DNA of 64,000 nucleotides from Escherichia coli (GTDB lineage Bacteria; Pseudomonadota; Gammaproteobacteria; Enterobacterales; Enterobacteriaceae): NCBI RefSeq assembly GCF_017348835.2, contig NZ_CP071375.1; one strand, 5' to 3'. Shown piece by piece: positions 59,765 to 64,000 of this stretch (position 1 is its first letter; each line of letters starts with the position of its first letter). The notes under the pieces were generated by a model. It saw only the letters and a program-made list of their open reading frames with translations, ran no database searches and was not told where the DNA came from. The position numbers and the translations under genes were made by a program.

Positions 59765-60702
59765 TGGTGATGATGTGAATGGCCAGACACCCCTTCATTC
59801 AGGTGGCAGTCTGGCCCATGACAAGGTTGATATTCCATCTGAATGGTGGCGTGCTCAATCTGATAGTGATCCATCAGGTAGTGTTGGATATGATCTAACA
59901 AGGCATCGTGATCGTGTGGCGGGATCACCTGCACATGCAGCGTCATCACCGGCTTCTCGCCTACCATCCATACATGTACATGGTGCACATTGCGGACTTC
60001 CGGGATTTCCCGGCACATACGACGCTTCAGTTCAGCGATATCCAGCGATACCGGTGCACCCTCAAGTAATTCATTCACGCTATCTTTCAACAGTCGCCAC
60101 GCGCTACGCAGAACCAGAAGCGACACCAGTATCGAGAGAATGGGGTCAGCAGGTGTCCAGCCGGTCCAGATAATAATCAACGCGGCAATAATAGCCCCAA
60201 CCGAACCCAGCAGGTCCCCGAGCACATGCAGTGCCGCTGCTCGTACGTTGAGGTTTTTCTCTTCGCTGCCGTGATGAAGTAACCAGAAAGAAAGTATATT
60301 TGCCAGCAACCCAGCCACGGCAATTGCCATCATCATGCCGCCCTCGACCGGACGCGGCGTGCGGAAGCGTTCTATCGCCTCCCAGACAATCAAAATGGTA
60401 ATTACCACGAGGGCGATGGCATTCACAAACGCCGCGAGCGTGGTCAGTCTTAGCCAACCGAAAGTGTGGCGAATGGTGGGAGGACGACGTGAAAATTGCA
60501 CGGCGAGTAGGGCGAAAAGCAGGGCGGCAGTATCGGTCAACATATGACCCGCATCGGCCAGCAAAGCCAGAGAACCAGAAAGAAAACCACCAATGACTTC
60601 TACCAGCATAAACCCGGCAGTCACGCCGAAAGCATACAACAAGCGACGAGCATTATTATCTTCTGGCAGGTGTGAGGACGTGTGTGAGTGTGAGTGCGCC
60701 AT
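59761..60702 (-). CDS. zitB: Zn2+/H+ antiporter ZitB (cation diffusion facilitator)
   Basis: 313 aa [39 protein letters not shown]... C-terminal His-rich tail HSHHHH. Stop overlaps the pnuC end. Confidence 0.95.
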
Positions 60703-60815
60703 GACGAGTCATCCCTTAATTATTCTCACTTAACTTTATGACATCATACTGCTTTTAGAAGTGAAAAATTAAAAGGGAGAGACTCCGCTCTCCCATTATT
60801 GGCTATTTTGCAGGG

Positions 60816-61196
60816 TTACTGCGTGGTACCGTCGGTTTTGGTATCGACATCATTATTGATGCCATCACCGGTTTGTACCTTTTTATTGATATCCGGGCAG
60901 CGACCATCTTTGCACATGGTGTTCTTGTGCTCTTCATCTTTGGTCATGCCGTCATTGTTCATTGAAGAACCATCCGAATGCAGCATTGTGCCGCCAGAAC
61001 CGGTATTTACCCCGTTATTGTCGACGTTATTTGGCGCGACATTTTCACGGGCGTCAGGGGCTACCTGGCCCGCATCAGCGGCGGCGTTTGCCTGGCCGTT
61101 ATTAGTTTGCGCTCCGCTATCGGCAGCCAGTGCGGCACCGCTGGCAAGGCTTAGAGTGGCAGTCAGAAATAGTGTGGCCAGTTTTGTCATTTTCAT
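60816..61196 (-). CDS. ybgS: Secreted low-complexity protein YbgS
   Basis: 126 aa [44 protein letters not shown]... Confidence 0.88.
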
Positions 61197-61511
61197 AGGA
61201 TGCTCCTGTTATGGTCGTTATGTCGGATAACCTCTTCCAACAGTGCATTTGCAGGTGAATATAAGGCATTGGTTTAAGATTTCAGCCAGGTTATGAAACG
61301 CAGCAGAGAATCTTGAAATAATTAACAAACAAAGGAGTTACAGTTAGAAATTGTAGGAGAGATCTCGTTTTTCGCGACAATCTGGCGTTTTTCTTGCTAA
61401 TTCCAGGATTAATCCGTTCATAGTGTAAAACCCCGTTTACACATTCTGACGGAAGATATAGATTGGAAGTATTGCATTCACTAAGATAAGTATGGCAACA
61501 CTGGAACAGAC

Positions 61512-62564
61512 ATGAATTATCAGAACGACGATTTACGCATCAAAGAAATCAAAGAGTTACTTCCTCCTGTCGCATTGCTGGAAAAATTCCCCGCTACTGA
61601 AAATGCCGCGAATACGGTTGCCCATGCCCGAAAAGCGATCCATAAGATCCTGAAAGGTAATGATGATCGCCTGTTGGTGGTGATTGGCCCGTGCTCAATT
61701 CATGATCCTGTCGCGGCAAAAGAGTATGCCACTCGCTTGCTGGCGCTGCGTGAAGAGCTGAAAGATGAGCTGGAAATCGTAATGCGCGTCTATTTTGAAA
61801 AGCCGCGTACCACGGTGGGCTGGAAAGGGCTGATTAACGATCCGCATATGGATAACAGCTTCCAGATCAACGACGGTCTGCGTATTGCCCGTAAATTGCT
61901 GCTTGATATTAACGACAGCGGTCTGCCAGCGGCGGGTGAGTTTCTCGATATGATCACCCCACAATATCTCGCTGACCTGATGAGCTGGGGCGCAATTGGC
62001 GCACGTACCACCGAATCGCAGGTGCACCGCGAACTGGCATCAGGGCTTTCTTGTCCGGTCGGCTTCAAAAATGGCACCGACGGTACGATTAAAGTGGCTA
62101 TCGATGCCATTAATGCCGCCGGTGCGCCGCACTGCTTCCTGTCCGTAACGAAATGGGGGCATTCGGCGATTGTGAATACCAGCGGTAACGGCGATTGCCA
62201 TATCATTCTGCGCGGCGGTAAAGAGCCTAACTACAGTGCGAAGCACGTTGCTGAAGTGAAAGAAGGGCTGAACAAAGCAGGCCTGCCAGCACAGGTGATG
62301 ATCGATTTCAGCCATGCTAATTCGTCCAAACAATTCAAAAAGCAGATGGATGTTTGTGCTGACGTTTGCCAGCAGATTGCCGGTGGCGAAAAGGCCATTA
62401 TTGGCGTGATGGTGGAAAGCCATCTGGTGGAAGGCAATCAGAGCCTCGAGAGCGGGGAGCCGCTGGCCTACGGTAAGAGCATCACCGATGCCTGCATTGG
62501 CTGGGAAGATACCGATGCTCTGTTACGTCAACTGGCGAATGCAGTAAAAGCGCGTCGCGGGTAA
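61512..62564 (+). CDS. aroG: DAHP synthase, Phe-sensitive
   Basis: 350 aa MNYQNDDLRIKEIKELLPPVALLEKFPATENAANTVAHARKAIHKILKGNDDRLLVVIGPCSIHD. Confidence 0.97.
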   Translation: MNYQNDDLRIKEIKELLPPVALLEKFPATENAANTVAHARKAIHKILKGNDDRLLVVIGPCSIHDPVAAKEYATRLLALREELKDELEIVMRVYFEKPRTTVGWKGLINDPHMDNSFQINDGLRIARKLLLDINDSGLPAAGEFLDMITPQYLADLMSWGAIGARTTESQVHRELASGLSCPVGFKNGTDGTIKVAIDAINAAGAPHCFLSVTKWGHSAIVNTSGNGDCHIILRGGKEPNYSAKHVAEVKEGLNKAGLPAQVMIDFSHANSSKQFKKQMDVCADVCQQIAGGEKAIIGVMVESHLVEGNQSLESGEPLAYGKSITDACIGWEDTDALLRQLANAVKARRG

Positions 62565-62589
62565 TTTATAGTCGAATCGCCATGACTGT

Positions 62590-62695
62590 ACATTTGTAGC
62601 CCTGATAAGACGCGCAGCGTCGCATCAGGCAATGTGCTCCATTGTTAGCAACGACAAACAAAAAGCCGACTCACTTGCAGTCGGCTTTCTCATTT
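62590..62695. repeat. REP unit plus bidirectional terminator between aroG and gpmA
   Basis: GCCCTGATAAGACGCGCAGCGTCGCATCAGGC (REP). AAAAAGCCGACTCACTTGCAGTCGGCTTTCTCATTTTT (hairpin flanked by A/T runs on both strands). Confidence 0.8.
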
Positions 62696-62710
62696 TTAAA
62701 CGAATGATGT

Positions 62711-63463
62711 TTACTTCGCTTTACCCTGGTTAGCCACCGCCGCTGCTTTCGCTGCGATCTCGTCAGCATTACCCAGATAATAGCGTTTCAGCGGTTTGAA
62801 ATTCTCGTCGAACTCATACACCAGTGGCACACCAGTCGGGATATTCAGCTCAAGAATCTCTTCTTCGCTCATATTATCGAGATATTTCACCAGCGCACGC
62901 AGGGAGTTACCGTGTGCAGCGATGATCACGCGCTCACCGCTCTTCATACGCGGCAGAATGGTTTCATTCCAGTAAGGGATCACGCGGTCAATGGTCAGCG
63001 CCAGGCTTTCCGTCAGCGGCAGTTCTTTCTCGCTCAGTTTCGCGTAACGCGGATCGTGACCCGGATAACGCTCATCATCTTTAGTCAGTTCCGGCGGAGT
63101 CACAGCAAAACCACGACGCCACTGTTTCACCTGCTCGTCGCCATACTTTTCAGCAGTTTCCGCTTTGTTCAGACCCTGCAACGCACCGTAGTGACGTTCG
63201 TTCAGTTTCCAGGATTTCTCAACGGGCAGCCATGCCTGATCCAGTTCGTCCAGCACATTCCACAGGGTATGGATAGCGCGTTTCAGCACAGAGGTGTAAG
63301 CAAAGTCAAAGCTGTAACCTTCCTCTTTCAGCAGCTTACCTGCTGCTTTTGCTTCGCTTACGCCTTTCTCAGACAGATCCACGTCGTACCAACCGGTGAA
63401 ACGGTTTTCTTTGTTCCACTGACTTTCGCCATGACGAACCAGAACCAGCTTAGTTACAGCCAT
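62711..63463 (-). CDS. gpmA: 2,3-bisphosphoglycerate-dependent phosphoglycerate mutase
   Basis: [34 protein letters not shown]... (250 aa from this Met). The tracked ORF begins 5 codons earlier. Confidence 0.97.
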
Positions 63464-63664
63464 ATACTTACTCCTCAAATCATCTTTTAATGATAATAAT
63501 TCTCATTATATTGCCGTGACGAAGCAACAGCAATGCTTACGCATAACCATAGCGAAAATAGTGGCGCAGTGTAAGGTTGTTGTGAATATTGAGTTGCAAA
63601 TATGTCGGTGTTTGCTGGTGATTTGAACAATATGAGATAAAGCCCTCATGACGAGGGCTTAACA

Positions 63665-64000
63665 TTACTCAGCAATAAACTGATATTCTGTCAGGCTGGA
63701 ATACTCTTCGCCAGGACGCAGGAAGCAGTCCGGTTGCGGCCATTCAGGGTGGTTCGGGCTGTCCGGCAGAAACTCGCTTTCCAACGCCAGCCCTTGCCAG
63801 TCGGCGTAAGGTTCGGTTCCTCTTGATGGTGTGCCGCCGAGGAAGTTGCCGGAGTAGAATTGCAGAGCCGGAGCGGTGGTGTAGACCTTCAGCTGCAATT
63901 TTTCATCTGCTGACCAGACATGCGCCGCCACTTTCTTGCCATCGCCTTTGGCCTGTAACAAGAACGCGTGATCGTAACCTTTCACTTTGCGCTGATCGTC
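63665..64000 (-). CDS. galM: Aldose 1-epimerase (galactose mutarotase), C-terminal part; N-terminus beyond window end
   Basis: ...PEWPQPDCFLRPGEEYSSLTEYQFIAE C-terminus. The frame is open to the window edge. Position matches the gal operon end. Confidence 0.85.
   Translation of the reverse strand, partial: DDQRKVKGYDHAFLLQAKGDGKKVAAHVWSADEKLQLKVYTTAPALQFYSGNFLGGTPSRGTEPYADWQGLALESEFLPDSPNHPEWPQPDCFLRPGEEYSSLTEYQFIAE

Overview
This window is an Escherichia coli-type chromosomal segment that follows the K-12 gene order from kdp to galM, with three departures described below. In order, the genes are:

- kdpD (partial), kdpC, kdpB, kdpA, kdpF
- ybfA
- ybgA-phr, dtpD, ybgI, pxpBCA, nei, abrB
- the ybgOPQD chaperone-usher fimbrial operon
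- gltA, sdhCDAB-sucABCD (with the sdhX 3'UTR sRNA)
- cydABX-ybgE, ybgC-tolQRA-tolB-pal-cpoB
- the lysT-type Lys/Val tRNA array
- nadA-pnuC, zitB, ybgS, aroG, gpmA, galM (partial)

Four things depart from the K-12 layout or stand out:

1. Between sucD/sdhX and the cydA regulatory region there is a ~13.6 kb accessory island where K-12 carries mngR-mngAB.
   - It encodes the B12-dependent methylaspartate (mesaconate) route of glutamate catabolism: glutamate mutase glmS-glmL-glmE, methylaspartate ammonia-lyase and a class I fumarase/mesaconase (FumD-type).
   - It also encodes a GltP/DctA-family transporter, a BtuR-like cobalamin adenosyltransferase paralog and a LysR regulator.
   - Translationally coupled inside the mutase operon is an uncharacterised split gene pair that looks like an AtuA-like (DUF1446-like) protein plus a small DUF4387-like partner. 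This pair is the best candidate for an undescribed function.
2. A strongly AT-rich two-gene module of unknown function (314 aa + acidic 140 aa) sits between the mutase operon and the cyd promoter region.
3. No rhsC element lies between ybfA and ybgA.
4. The tRNA array contains a Val/Lys chimeric tRNA gene with a disrupted acceptor stem, plus an orphan tRNA-Lys 3' fragment.

REP/BIME repeats occur after phr, sdhB, sucB and aroG. No CRISPR, IS elements or prophage genes were seen.
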